From NCBI GenBank assembly GCA_050011565.1, contig JBEKIW010000002.1, forward strand, positions 384,001 through 448,000: a stretch of DNA of 64,000 nt, given 5' to 3'. Of the stretch, positions 1 through 9,766 are shown one piece after another (the first letter of the stretch is position 1; each line of letters begins with the position of its first letter). The translations under genes and the position numbers were made by a program. Source of the stretch: Dehalococcoidia bacterium. GTDB taxonomy: Bacteria; Chloroflexota; Dehalococcoidia; GIF9; UBA5629. The notes below the pieces were generated by a model, which saw nothing but the letters and a program-made list of their open reading frames with translations, had not been told where the DNA came from and ran no database searches.

Positions 1-332
1 CCTCCGCTCCTTATATATAACGCCAGAACTCCCATAAGAAGTACGGCATCCGAAATCCTATCGAAAGTAGAGTCTAAAAGAGCGCCGAAGCGGGTTGCCT
101 GGTTAGTCAAACGAGCTAATGCCCCATCGAGTATATCGAACAACCCGGAGAAAAGAACTAGAAAGCCGCCGATGAGGAGGTGATTGGTGGCAATAGTGGC
201 AGCGGCGATTAAACTTATTGCCAGGGCACACCAGGTCAACATGTTAGGCTTAAGTCGACTTTTGACCAGAGCGGTATTTAATGGCTCGGTAATCCGTCGA
301 GCAGCGATTCTACGTAACTCAGCCAGGTTCAT
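1..332 (-). CDS. pgsA: CDP-alcohol phosphatidyltransferase (phosphatidylinositol-phosphate synthase-like); 3' end runs off the window
   Basis: Manual translation from ATG at 332 gives MNLAELRRIAARRITEPL...FDILDGALAR...RFGALLDSTFDRISD, the D-G-x2-AR-x8-G-x3-D-x3-D motif; downstream of ino1 and GT4. Confidence 0.85.
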   Translation of the reverse strand, partial: MNLAELRRIAARRITEPLNTALVKSRLKPNMLTWCALAISLIAAATIATNHLLIGGFLVLFSGLFDILDGALARLTNQATRFGALLDSTFDRISDAVLLMGVLALYIRSG

Positions 333-353
333 AAAGTATGTTCTTTTATCTGT

Positions 354-1472
354 CTAGCTGCTAAGCAACAGGTTATAGTAATTTATAACCTGTCGGGTAA
401 TGTTCAGCCAGCTATATTTCTCAGCTTTAATTAATCCCTTATTCCCCATACGCAAGCGCAAAGATTTGTTATGCAGGAGAGATAGTAAGGCATCAGATAA
501 GGATTCCTCGTCTCTTGGCCGGACGAGAAGCCCTTCCTCACCATCAGCTAATACGCTGGCGTAGCCTTGAATGTTGGTAGCAACTACCGGCTTTCCACAT
601 GCCATAGCTTCAAGCAAGACTATACCGAAGCTCTCGCCACCGGTAGCCGGGGCACAAAAAATATCGGCACTACGGTAATACGAGGGGAGCTCAGCACTGG
701 AAACAAATCCGGTAAAAACCACGTTGTTAGTCAGGCTCATATCCTCCACCAATTTTTCATATCTGAGGCGTAATACAGTGCCTGGCCCAACTACAATGAG
801 ACGGAAGTTTGGGAAACTGCGCTTAATATCGGCGCACGCATTAAGTAAGTAGGCTAAGCCCTTTCGCCTTTCCAGCCGACCGACGAAGAGGATGTTTATT
901 TTCCCGTCATTGAATTCTTCGCGCCCGGAGCCATTAAGGCAAAAGTGTTCAGTATCTATGCCATTTGGGATAATGCAATATTCACCTGGCAGGTGACGGC
1001 TCACATGTTCCAGCGCCGGTTTGGAAACAGCGATTTTGCCATGCAGTTTGGTAATCCATCTCCGGAAAATAGGCTTTCCCAGCCAGTATTCTCTTGGTTT
1101 AGTATGGAAAGCATGAAAAGTGCCAACATTTATAGAGTCTGACTTAAGCAAGGCACTCAAACAGACCATAGGTGCGAAGGGTTCGTGCAGATGTAGAATA
1201 TCGAATTTCTCTTTAGCCAGGATTTCACCTATTTGGGTTGGCAGCCAGGGTGATATGGGCACCCGCGCTATAGCGCCGGCGTATGGAATAGGCAAAGGCC
1301 TGCCCACGGGTGTAACTTCTTCTTCGAAGTAGCGGGCCCCAATTTTTGTGCATGGAGCTATAATTTTTACTTTATGCCCCGATTGAGTCAGATAATGAGC
1401 CAGGTAAGCACAGTGACTGACGACCCCGCCTGGGAAGGAATAATCGTAGGGGGAAACTAATCCGATTTTCAC
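354..1472 (-). CDS. GT4 glycosyltransferase, PimA-like phosphatidylinositol mannosyltransferase
   Basis: KIGLVSPY..PGGV N-terminus, LHLHEP, ATGGESFGIVLLEAMA; probable GTG start at 1472 (ORF track extends to 1562). Confidence 0.85.
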   Translation of the reverse strand: MKIGLVSPYDYSFPGGVVSHCAYLAHYLTQSGHKVKIIAPCTKIGARYFEEEVTPVGRPLPIPYAGAIARVPISPWLPTQIGEILAKEKFDILHLHEPFAPMVCLSALLKSDSINVGTFHAFHTKPREYWLGKPIFRRWITKLHGKIAVSKPALEHVSRHLPGEYCIIPNGIDTEHFCLNGSGREEFNDGKINILFVGRLERRKGLAYLLNACADIKRSFPNFRLIVVGPGTVLRLRYEKLVEDMSLTNNVVFTGFVSSAELPSYYRSADIFCAPATGGESFGIVLLEAMACGKPVVATNIQGYASVLADGEEGLLVRPRDEESLSDALLSLLHNKSLRLRMGNKGLIKAEKYSWLNITRQVINYYNLLLSS

Positions 1473-1519
1473 TACTCTTATCGCCCTATCTCTCCGGATG
1501 TGATAGCCTTTATACTTGT

Positions 1520-2647
1520 CTAACTTTCCTTTATTTTGTCGTTGGCTATCTCGGGGAGACAAATCGGAGTCTGTTGTTCTTTGCCGGTAATGTAATTCTC
1601 GACACGCCTATGGGCTTCGTCGTCTGAATATTGGATGGGCGGCGATTTCATAAAGTATGAACTGGGAGCAACTATGGTTCCACTTAAACCTCTATCCATA
1701 GCTAATTTGCAGCATCTTATGGCATCGATAACAACACCGGCGGAGTTGGGACTGTCCCATACCTCCATTTTAAGCTCTAAGTTTAGGGGGACATCGCCGA
1801 AAGTGCGCCCTTCCATTTTGATGTAGCAGAATTTACGGTCAGCCAGCCACGGCACGTAGTCACTGGGACCGATATAAATATTTTCTTTGTCGATTTCATA
1901 GTCTAGCTGAGAGGTAACAGCATTGGTTTTGGAAATTTTCTTAGACTCCAGGCGCTCCCGTTCCAGCATATTATAGAAATCAGTATTACCGCCGAAGTTA
2001 AGCTGATAAGTCCTCTCTAGCTTGACTCCACGGTCGCGAAATAGCCTGGTCAATACGCGATGGGTGATTGTAGCTCCGACCTGAGATTTTACATCGTCAC
2101 CTATAATCGGTAGCCCCGCATCGGCGAAGCGCTTATACCAATAGGGTTCCCGAGCGATAAAGACGGGTATGCAATTGACAAAGCCGCAACCGGCCGTCAA
2201 CACCTGTTCTATGTACCACTTGGTCGCCTCTTCGCTTCCCACCGGAAGAAAATTCACTACTATGTCTGTTTTTGTCTCCTTGAGTATGCCGACAATGTCA
2301 GCTGTAGCCCCGGATGATTTAGTTATTATTTGAGACAGGTATTTACCCAACCCGTCATGGGTCATACCCCGAGTTACTTTGACTCCGGTGCTGGGCACAT
2401 CGCAAAACTTGAAAGTGTTATTGGGTTTTGTATAAATAGCTTCGGCCAGGTCTTTACCCACTTTGTTTTTATCTATGTCAAAGGCAGCCACGAAGTTGAT
2501 GTGGTTAATATGGTAGCCGCCGAGAATATTATGCATTAGCCCGGGCACCGACTCACCTTCTTTTACTTTTCTGTAGTAATGGACGCCCTGAACAAGCGAG
2601 GAAGAACAATTGCCGACGCCTATTATAGCTACATTTATTTTTTCCAT
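1520..2647 (-). CDS. ino1: myo-inositol-1-phosphate synthase
   Basis: [37 protein letters not shown] motifs. Confidence 0.95.
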   Translation of the reverse strand: MEKINVAIIGVGNCSSSLVQGVHYYRKVKEGESVPGLMHNILGGYHINHINFVAAFDIDKNKVGKDLAEAIYTKPNNTFKFCDVPSTGVKVTRGMTHDGLGKYLSQIITKSSGATADIVGILKETKTDIVVNFLPVGSEEATKWYIEQVLTAGCGFVNCIPVFIAREPYWYKRFADAGLPIIGDDVKSQVGATITHRVLTRLFRDRGVKLERTYQLNFGGNTDFYNMLERERLESKKISKTNAVTSQLDYEIDKENIYIGPSDYVPWLADRKFCYIKMEGRTFGDVPLNLELKMEVWDSPNSAGVVIDAIRCCKLAMDRGLSGTIVAPSSYFMKSPPIQYSDDEAHRRVENYITGKEQQTPICLPEIANDKIKES

Positions 2648-2704
2648 AACCTGTTTCCTCTCTTCCGTTTTACTTGGCTACTCAACTTCTGGAACTCTCA
2701 AATT

Positions 2705-3613
2705 TTAACCTCGCGGTTTGATGGCAACCATTTTGGGTGATCTGACTAATAAGATGGGTATTCTGGCTCCGTGTAATACTTTATCGGCCACGCTGCCTAA
2801 TACCCATCGAGCAACACCTGTCCGACCATGAGTTGACATGGCTATCATGGAGGCCCCCTTGTCTGTAGCATATTCTACTATTTTGTCGGCAGGGTCACCA
2901 GTGGCTACTTCGTACGTGACTTTAATATTCTTGCCGCCTAATCTTTCAGCTACGCCTTTTAGATAATCTTCGCCTGCGTCGTGCATAGCTTTGACAAACT
3001 TTCTCCAATCAGGGCCGCCAAGCAAGTTTGCCTCTACTGTTCCAGGTGGTGATATAACCTGCAGTAGGTTGACCGAAGCTCGCGAGTTTGCAGCTATTGT
3101 TTCGGCATAAGGTAGGGCTGATTCACCGATGTCTGAGCCGTCTAAAGGTGCCAGGATTTTATGAGGGAAATTTAGTTTGTCGGTGGTCCCGGTTGTACCA
3201 GGCCGTTTGCTTCGGACAAGTAGAACCGGCGCTGTAGCCTCACTTATGACCTTTTCAGCTACACTTCCCATCCACCAACGAGTGATACCACTTCGACCGT
3301 GTGTAGTCATTATAATCAAATCAATCTCTTTTTCGGCGGTGAAATCAAGGATTTTATCGGCTGCGACGCCGTAGCGAATTACGGGTTCAGCTTTAATATT
3401 ATCCCCGTGCAGCTTATTTGCGGTCCTGTTTATGTAATCCTCAATAAGGCGGTTTACACGGCGCGTCTTTCTGCCGATGCCAACACCCAAAATGTGCACG
3501 CGAGAGCCAAATTTTGGAGCTAAATCTCTAAGATAAGGAAATACACTCTCAGCTTCCGTAGAACCGTCCAAAGGAATTAGAATTTCTTGTATCTGTAACA
3601 TTCTCTTTGCCAT
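2705..3613 (-). CDS. universal stress protein with two USP domains
   Basis: Two PLDGS...HGR(S/T)G..RW..GSVA.KV modules. Confidence 0.93.
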   Translation of the reverse strand: MAKRMLQIQEILIPLDGSTEAESVFPYLRDLAPKFGSRVHILGVGIGRKTRRVNRLIEDYINRTANKLHGDNIKAEPVIRYGVAADKILDFTAEKEIDLIIMTTHGRSGITRWWMGSVAEKVISEATAPVLLVRSKRPGTTGTTDKLNFPHKILAPLDGSDIGESALPYAETIAANSRASVNLLQVISPPGTVEANLLGGPDWRKFVKAMHDAGEDYLKGVAERLGGKNIKVTYEVATGDPADKIVEYATDKGASMIAMSTHGRTGVARWVLGSVADKVLHGARIPILLVRSPKMVAIKPRG

Positions 3614-3625
3614 TTTATTTAGTTG

Positions 3626-3671
3626 ATTATAACCGACGCTCTTGTATAAGACAACACATTTATGGTATTTT
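3626..3671. promoter_or_regulatory. overlapping divergent sigma70-type promoters for the USP and PHP genes
   Basis: Minus strand TTGTCT-17-TATAAT (3654..3626); plus strand TTGTAT-18-TATTTT with TG extension, ending 6 nt before the GTG at 3678. Confidence 0.5.
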
Positions 3672-3677
3672 TGAGGC

Positions 3678-4343
3678 GTGCTTTATGATTTCCACACCCA
3701 TACTTTTCATAGCGATGGCGTTTTATCACCCATTGAGTTAATACGTCGTGCTCACGTTAAAGGCTATTCGGCTATTGCCATTACCGACCATGTGGCCATC
3801 GGTTCACTTGGCAGATTAATCAAAGAAATAAGCGACGATTGCGCTCTGGCAAGGGCTTATTGGGATATTCTGGCAATCCCGGGCGTGGAACTTACCCACC
3901 TTCCGCCGCAGGCTATCCCCGAAATGGCTAAGAAAGCTAAAGAAATGGGAGCCTGGTTGGTAATAGTACACGGCGAAACCACTGCAGAGCCGGTGGAAAA
4001 AGGTACTAACTTCGCCGCTGTCCAATCTCCCCACGTTGATATCTTAGCTCATCCTGGCTTATTGACTATTGAGGAAGCCTCTCTGGCAGCCAAAAATAAC
4101 ATCTTTATCGAACTTACAGCTCGGAAGGGCCATTCTACTACCAATTCTCATGTTGCTTCGGTTAGCCAAAAAGCAAAGGCGAGGCTCCTGGTTAATTCTG
4201 ATGCCCACCACGAAAAAGACCTATTAATGCCGAACTTAGTTGAGGCTATACTTCATCAATCAAACATAAACCAGCGGCAACGCCGACAAATTATCGACCG
4301 AAACCCCCTGCTTTTAATCGAGAAAGTCAAAAATCGCCTCTAA
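3678..4343 (+). CDS. PHP-domain phosphoesterase (histidinol-phosphatase-like)
   Basis: DFHTHT.HSDG, AITDH, GVELTH, LAHPG, NSDAH. Confidence 0.9.
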   Translation: MLYDFHTHTFHSDGVLSPIELIRRAHVKGYSAIAITDHVAIGSLGRLIKEISDDCALARAYWDILAIPGVELTHLPPQAIPEMAKKAKEMGAWLVIVHGETTAEPVEKGTNFAAVQSPHVDILAHPGLLTIEEASLAAKNNIFIELTARKGHSTTNSHVASVSQKAKARLLVNSDAHHEKDLLMPNLVEAILHQSNINQRQRRQIIDRNPLLLIEKVKNRL

Positions 4344-4368
4344 GCTCTGATTAAAGCGTGTAGTTGAA

Positions 4369-4512
4369 TTAGCCTTTGCCAATTCGAAAGACCTTCGTTC
4401 CACAGGATGGGCAAGTTCCGCGTGTCGCTGGCCTCTTGTTCTTCAGAGTGACGCTCTGCGGGTTTTTCATTTCCGTCTTCCTCCGGCATTTGAAGCAATA
4501 TGCCTGCGCCAT
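4369..4512 (-). CDS. small basic Zn-ribbon protein, DUF5679-like (47 aa); not in ORF track
   Basis: MAQAYCFKCRRKTEMKNPQSVTLKNKRPATRGTCPSCGTKVFRIGKG; SD AAGGAGG upstream. Confidence 0.85.
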   Translation of the reverse strand: MAQAYCFKCRRKTEMKNPQSVTLKNKRPATRGTCPSCGTKVFRIGKG

Positions 4513-4541
4513 GTATTTGACCTCCTTTCACCCAAAGCTAA

Positions 4542-4570
4542 ATCATATCTATTAAAATATGGACTGTCAA
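4542..4570 (-). promoter_or_regulatory. sigma70 promoter of the DUF5679-like gene
   Basis: TTGACA-17 nt-TATGAT on the minus strand. Confidence 0.7.
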
Positions 4571-4595
4571 GACCTTTGAGCGTTTCGCAGACAAC

Positions 4596-5492
4596 CTACG
4601 AGAGTGAGAAGACCTTTTCCGGATGCCATTGCTGTTTTTCAGGAATAAAGTGCAGCACCGCTAGAAAATTACCATCGAGGTCGTAGGCTCTGCAGTATTC
4701 CTCTGAAAACGGGTAAGCTTCGTCTAGAGGAAATGGACGGCCGTTTCTAATGTCCAGTTCGTTTTTCCTGCTAACGATGATTGCCTTCCAGTTCCCCAGC
4801 GGGCTGTCCACGGGGTGGATAAGCTTTTTCCAGGCATCTTTGTGAAAGGCATCTTCGACCTGGTCTAGAGATAACGCATCTCTGATGGAAAATGGACCAC
4901 AACGTAATCGAGTCAGATTTTTCAGATGAGCACCACAGCCCAGGTATTGTCCGAGGTCGTTGGCCAGGGAGCGTATATAGGTGCCCTTGCTGCAGTCTAT
5001 ATTGATTTCTATTAACGGTTGCTGGTAGCTGATAAGCTCCAGTTTTGTGATTTCGACCCGTCTTGATTTAAGCTTTATCGGGACACCAGCACGAGCCAGT
5101 TCATAACATCGACGGCCTCCCTGTTTCAAAGCGCTGAATGCCGGGGGTACCTGATTAATGACACCTCTAAAAGCGGTAAGAGCTTCTTCTATCAGGGTCA
5201 CGGTGATATCGCCTGGGTCTCTACGTTCGACTATCTTGCCTTGTCTGTCGAAGGTATCCGTGGTTACACCCAGTTCAATATGGGCTAAATAGGTTTTGCT
5301 GCTATTTGTTAGGAACTGTGTGATGCGGGTTGCCTGACCAAAGCAAATCGGCAGTACGCCTGTAGCTATTGGGTCTAGTGTACCGGCGTGTCCGACGTGT
5401 TTCTCTCCGGTGAGGCGCTTAAGCCGGGCAACTACACTAAAAGAAGTCTTGCCTTCGGGTTTGTTGACGTTGAGGATGCCGTCAATGCCCAT
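4596..5492 (-). CDS. truB: tRNA pseudouridine(55) synthase
   Basis: GHAGTLDPIATGVL, CSKGTYIRSLA; start placed at MGIDGILNVNKP. Confidence 0.96.
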   Translation of the reverse strand: MGIDGILNVNKPEGKTSFSVVARLKRLTGEKHVGHAGTLDPIATGVLPICFGQATRITQFLTNSSKTYLAHIELGVTTDTFDRQGKIVERRDPGDITVTLIEEALTAFRGVINQVPPAFSALKQGGRRCYELARAGVPIKLKSRRVEITKLELISYQQPLIEINIDCSKGTYIRSLANDLGQYLGCGAHLKNLTRLRCGPFSIRDALSLDQVEDAFHKDAWKKLIHPVDSPLGNWKAIIVSRKNELDIRNGRPFPLDEAYPFSEEYCRAYDLDGNFLAVLHFIPEKQQWHPEKVFSLS

Positions 5493-5850
5493 CTTCGTTT
5501 TCGGCGTCTTTTGAAGCGACCTCATCGATTAACCTGAGGAGATTAGCGGCACGCTCAATAGAGTCATCAAACTGAAAACTAAGCTCGGGCATGTGCTTCA
5601 GTTGCAGGCGGGTGGCCAATTGGCGGCGTAGAAATCCTGAAGCAGCAGTGAAACCCTGTAACATCTCTTTTTTATCGACATTGTCCCCAATACTGCTGAT
5701 AAAGACTTTGGTGTGCCTTAAGTCGGAAGACGTCGAAACCTTGGTAATCGAGATAAGGCTACTAAGCCTCGGGTCATTAACTTGCTCTCGGAGCAACTGG
5801 CTTATTTCTTGCTGAATTACGCTGTCTAGTCTTTCCGTGCGTCGTGTCAT
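5482..5850 (-). CDS. rbfA: ribosome-binding factor A
   Basis: RRTERL...DPRL...GFLR..L...L.LKHMPELSF.FD.S; synteny. Confidence 0.95.
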   Translation of the reverse strand: MTRRTERLDSVIQQEISQLLREQVNDPRLSSLISITKVSTSSDLRHTKVFISSIGDNVDKKEMLQGFTAASGFLRRQLATRLQLKHMPELSFQFDDSIERAANLLRLIDEVASKDAENEDGH

Positions 5851-5932
5851 ATTGTTTATTCCTTTTAGCTAAATGGTTGCGATTTGGGATAGAAAGTAGA
5901 ATATAACATGAGAAAAACAGAGACCAGGCGGT

Positions 5933-7750
5933 TTAGCTAACTATTTCCTTTCGGTAGGACTGAATTATATCTCCAATTTGGAAATCTGAAAAGCCTTCTA
6001 GTCTGAGCCCACACTCAAAACCGGTAGCTACTTCCTTAACATCTTCCTTGAAACGCCTCAAGCTATTTATACGGGATTCGTGTATTGGTTCGCCCCGACG
6101 TATTAACCGGGCTGGAGCATCCCGTCTCATCTTCCCTTCTTTAACTGAAACCCCGGCTATTCTGGCTTTTTTACCTGTTTCAAATATGGCTATCACTTCG
6201 GCCTGACCTTCAATGACCTCGGTGTAGGTGGGCTCCAGCATGCCTTTCAGTGCTTTTTCAACATCCTTCACCAGTTCATAAATCACGTTGTAATACCGAA
6301 TGCTTATTCCCTCTGTTTCGGCCAGTCGTTGTGCCCCTGGTTCAGGTCGGCTGTTAAAGCCGATGATTATACCTTTAGAAGCTAAGGCTAGTAGCACATC
6401 GCCTTCTGTAATACCGCCGCTGCCCGAGTGGATAATTCTGACCTTAATCCTCTCGTCCCCGAGATGCTCCAGAGAATCCTTGATGGGCTCTATGCTGCCC
6501 TGAACATCTGTCTTAAGAATTATATTGAGCTCCTTTATCTGTCCGGTGCTGATTTGAGTTGAAAGGTCGCTAAGTCCCAGGGGCCTGGCACGAGTTGAGA
6601 CCTTTTGTTGCGAGTCTTTCTGCTTTTCTAATAGCGTTCTGGCTTCACGCTCGGTGCTAAGAACCTTGAACGATTCTCCCGCTTGAGGGACAGCATTTAA
6701 TCCGAGAACTTCCACCGGGGCAGCAGGCTCAGCTTTCTTAAGATGCTTACCCAACTCATTGAACATTGCCTTGACCCTGCCCCAGGTATTACTAACTATG
6801 ATGTTATCGCCGAGCTTGAGTATACCTTTTTGGACCAGAAGGGTAGCTAACGGCCCCCTGGTTTTATCCAGTCGAGCTTCAATTACTACTCCTTCCGCCG
6901 CGCAATCGTGTTCAGCTTTTAGTTCCAGTATATCAGCGACAAGGAGAAGGTTTTCCAGAAGCACATCTATTCCCTGTTTCTTCTTGGCTGATATAGGCAC
7001 GCATACCGTATCTCCTCCCCATTCCTCAATAACCAAGCCTAAATCCGATAGTTGTTTTTTCACTTTCTCCGGATTGGCGTCAGACTTGTCAATTTTGTTT
7101 AGGGCGACCACTATAGGTACATTAGCCGCACGCGCGTGGTCTATAGCTTCTACAGTCTGGGGCATAACTCCGTCATCAGCAGCTACCACCAGGACAGCTA
7201 TATCGGTAACTTGAGTTCCTCTAGCTCTCATGGCGGTGAAAGCCTCGTGCCCCGGCGTATCCAGGAAAGTAATCTTTCTTGAGTCCACCTCGACCTGGTA
7301 AGCTCCTATATGCTGAGTAATAGCGCCAGCTTCGGTGGCGATCACATTGCTTTGGCGAATGGCATCCAGGAGGCTTGTCTTGCCGTGGTCGACATGCCCC
7401 ATAATAGTAATCACCGGCGGCCGCGGGTAAAGTTTACCGCCAGCTGTTGTCACAGGACGTTTTATTTGGGAGAGCACCGGCTGCCTTTTAGCCTCGTAGC
7501 CGAAATGAGCAACTACCACCGCCGCGGTATCATAATCTACAGCCTGATTGATATTAGCCATGATACCGTTTCTCATCAGCTGCTTGATGACCTCGACGGC
7601 ACTAACCTTCAAGAGGTCAGCCAACTGTTTGACGGTTAGAGTTTGTGGAAGGCTAATATGACGCAGCACCTTTAAGGAACTGCTAGCTTCTGGGTTGGTC
7701 ACCTCTTCGTCAGCAATTGATTCTTGTTTCTTATTACTCAACCCTGGCAC
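5933..7750 (-). CDS. infB: translation initiation factor IF-2
   Basis: MGHVDHGKTSLLD, DTPGHEAFTAMRARG, NKID. Confidence 0.98.
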   Translation of the reverse strand: MPGLSNKKQESIADEEVTNPEASSSLKVLRHISLPQTLTVKQLADLLKVSAVEVIKQLMRNGIMANINQAVDYDTAAVVVAHFGYEAKRQPVLSQIKRPVTTAGGKLYPRPPVITIMGHVDHGKTSLLDAIRQSNVIATEAGAITQHIGAYQVEVDSRKITFLDTPGHEAFTAMRARGTQVTDIAVLVVAADDGVMPQTVEAIDHARAANVPIVVALNKIDKSDANPEKVKKQLSDLGLVIEEWGGDTVCVPISAKKKQGIDVLLENLLLVADILELKAEHDCAAEGVVIEARLDKTRGPLATLLVQKGILKLGDNIIVSNTWGRVKAMFNELGKHLKKAEPAAPVEVLGLNAVPQAGESFKVLSTEREARTLLEKQKDSQQKVSTRARPLGLSDLSTQISTGQIKELNIILKTDVQGSIEPIKDSLEHLGDERIKVRIIHSGSGGITEGDVLLALASKGIIIGFNSRPEPGAQRLAETEGISIRYYNVIYELVKDVEKALKGMLEPTYTEVIEGQAEVIAIFETGKKARIAGVSVKEGKMRRDAPARLIRRGEPIHESRINSLRRFKEDVKEVATGFECGLRLEGFSDFQIGDIIQSYRKEIVS

Positions 7751-8049
7751 TCTCTTTCCGGTAGGCTCTTGCCATATTCTACCAGCACCTGCCGATTTTC
7801 CAAAGTGAGCTTAACCCGCAGGGCATGCTCGAGGCGGTTGCCTTTAAGTCCTGTCTCCCAGCATTCACGCATCGGGCATAAATAAGCCCCTCGACCTGCT
7901 TCTTTACCCTTAGGGTCTATTTGTACTGCGTCGGCGTTACCAACGAGTCGTATTAGCTCCCTTTTAGCCATTTTCCCCCGGCAAGCAACGCAACTGCGCT
8001 CAGGTACGTGCCTTTGGCGATGGCTTTGTTTCTTAGGACTATTCTTCAA
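7738..8049 (-). CDS. ylxR: YlxR (RnpM) family RNA-binding protein
   Basis: PERSCVACR...KRELIRLV...GRGAYLC; between nusA and infB. Confidence 0.92.
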   Translation of the reverse strand: MKNSPKKQSHRQRHVPERSCVACRGKMAKRELIRLVGNADAVQIDPKGKEAGRGAYLCPMRECWETGLKGNRLEHALRVKLTLENRQVLVEYGKSLPERECQG

Positions 8050-9484
8050 GTTCTTCTTCGTAGGCTAACCGTTTTTGACGAGCCTTCTTAGGCCTGCTTT
8101 TACTTGCCGGCACATCGGGCTCTTTCTTGCTGGCTTTTTTCTTCTTGGCCTTACTGGCTCTTCCCGGCAGTATGTCCTCGGCGAACCTGATTTTTCGGCC
8201 CTCCGCAGATTTTGCTGTTGAGGGTACACCGCCAGCCAAAACAAGGTCAAAATCACTTACAGCAGCGACTACCTCTTCGGTTTTCTCCTCAGTCACTGGC
8301 TCCGGTTCACCCAGTATTTCCTCTTCACCCTCTGTGGCTGGACCGGGAACTTCTTCTGAAGCAGCAAATTCGGGAATAAGCTCTTCAGCTTCGGTGACTG
8401 CCCCTCTGCCTGCCGCCGCAGCTTCTCTGTCCATACTCGCCCTTTCCGCTTCAACCGCTGAGTTGCTCTTGATATCGATTCGCCAACCGGTTAGTTTTGC
8501 CGCTAATCTGGCGTTCTGTCCTTCTTTGCCGATGGCCAGGGATAGCTGCTTATCGGGAACAGTTACTACACCAGTATTTTCTGCCTGATTGAGTTCCACA
8601 CTTGATACCTGAGCCGGGCTGAGGGCATTGGCAATGAAGGTCGCCGGGTCATCCGACCACTCAACCACGTCTATCTTTTCGCCACGTAGTTCATTTACTA
8701 TGTTTTGTATCCTGATTCCACGCAGTCCGACACAACAGCCGACGGGGTCCACACCCTCCTGGCGGGCTGCCACAGCTACCTTGCTCCGATAACCTGCCTC
8801 GCGTGCTATTGATTTTATATCTATAGTGCCGCCATATATTTCCGGGATTTCCAATTCGAAGAGCCTGCGCAGCAAGTTGCGATGCGAGCGCGATACCAAT
8901 ATCTGAGGCCCCCGGCTACTCTTGGTTACTTCTAAGACGTATAATTTGAGCCTTTGTCCGACTCGGTAGCGCTCGTTATGTACCTGTTCGATGCTAGGTA
9001 ATATTGCTTCGGCTTTGCCCAAATCAATATGAATTTGTTCCGGAGTAATGCGTTGCACTATTCCGGTAACGATGTCACCCTCTTTGCCGGTAAATTCCTC
9101 GAAAATTGCATGATGCTCTGCCTCATGCAACCGCTGCAATATGACCTGTCTTGCCGTCTGAGCAGCTATACGTCCGGCATTCGGCGGTGTGGATTCTATG
9201 CTTACAATGTCTCCGAGCTGGACATTTTTATCTTTCTTTTGAGCGTCGCCAAGGGATACCTCACGAAGCAAGTCGGTTGCTTTTTCAACTACTGTCTTCC
9301 TGACATAGACCTTGACCTCGCCGGTGTTAGGGTTGATTTTAGCCGAGATATCCTGGCCGGCGACAAAAGCGTCTTTTCTGTACGCGGAGACGAGTGCCGT
9401 CTCTATGGCAGACAGCACTACTTCCTTCGGCAGATGTTTCTCAGCCGATAGCTGGGTAAGGGCCACCATGAACTCTGTCTTCAT
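8039..9484 (-). CDS. nusA: transcription termination/antitermination factor NusA, with acidic/basic C-terminal tail
   Basis: [48 protein letters not shown]. Confidence 0.98.
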   Translation of the reverse strand: MKTEFMVALTQLSAEKHLPKEVVLSAIETALVSAYRKDAFVAGQDISAKINPNTGEVKVYVRKTVVEKATDLLREVSLGDAQKKDKNVQLGDIVSIESTPPNAGRIAAQTARQVILQRLHEAEHHAIFEEFTGKEGDIVTGIVQRITPEQIHIDLGKAEAILPSIEQVHNERYRVGQRLKLYVLEVTKSSRGPQILVSRSHRNLLRRLFELEIPEIYGGTIDIKSIAREAGYRSKVAVAARQEGVDPVGCCVGLRGIRIQNIVNELRGEKIDVVEWSDDPATFIANALSPAQVSSVELNQAENTGVVTVPDKQLSLAIGKEGQNARLAAKLTGWRIDIKSNSAVEAERASMDREAAAAGRGAVTEAEELIPEFAASEEVPGPATEGEEEILGEPEPVTEEKTEEVVAAVSDFDLVLAGGVPSTAKSAEGRKIRFAEDILPGRASKAKKKKASKKEPDVPASKSRPKKARQKRLAYEEELEE

Positions 9485-9516
9485 CGCATACCACTCCCCG
9501 ATTCTACTACATCAAC

Positions 9517-9544
9517 AAAAAAGTGGGAACTAGCCCCACTTTTT
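9517..9544 (-). terminator. leader terminator/attenuator hairpin upstream of nusA
   Basis: AAAAAGTGGG-GCTAGTT-CCCACTTTTTT on the minus strand, between promoter and nusA start. Confidence 0.65.
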
Positions 9545-9568
9545 AAGGTACTATGAAGTTACAGCGCC

Positions 9569-9597
9569 AGTATAACATAACTATAAGCAGAATGCAA
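9569..9597 (-). promoter_or_regulatory. sigma70 promoter of the nusA operon
   Basis: TTGCAT-17-TATACT with extended TG. Confidence 0.7.
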
Positions 9598-9766
9598 CTC
9601 AGTTTTTATTCATAATTTTTCATCTTTTGTCTGCTAAATACGCTGTCCGGTGACTGATGCCTCAAATCTCGCAGCAAGCAATAAAAATTAGGCCAATGAG
9701 TTTGTTGCCGAAATTTTGCGGTTTTGCTATTCGAGTAAGCTTGGTGCAGAAGTCCCAAAACCCTTA

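Noticed and set aside
4340-4531. 63-aa ORF from the track
   Set aside because: An overlapping frame (4369-4512) has the SD and a recognisable Zn-ribbon sequence
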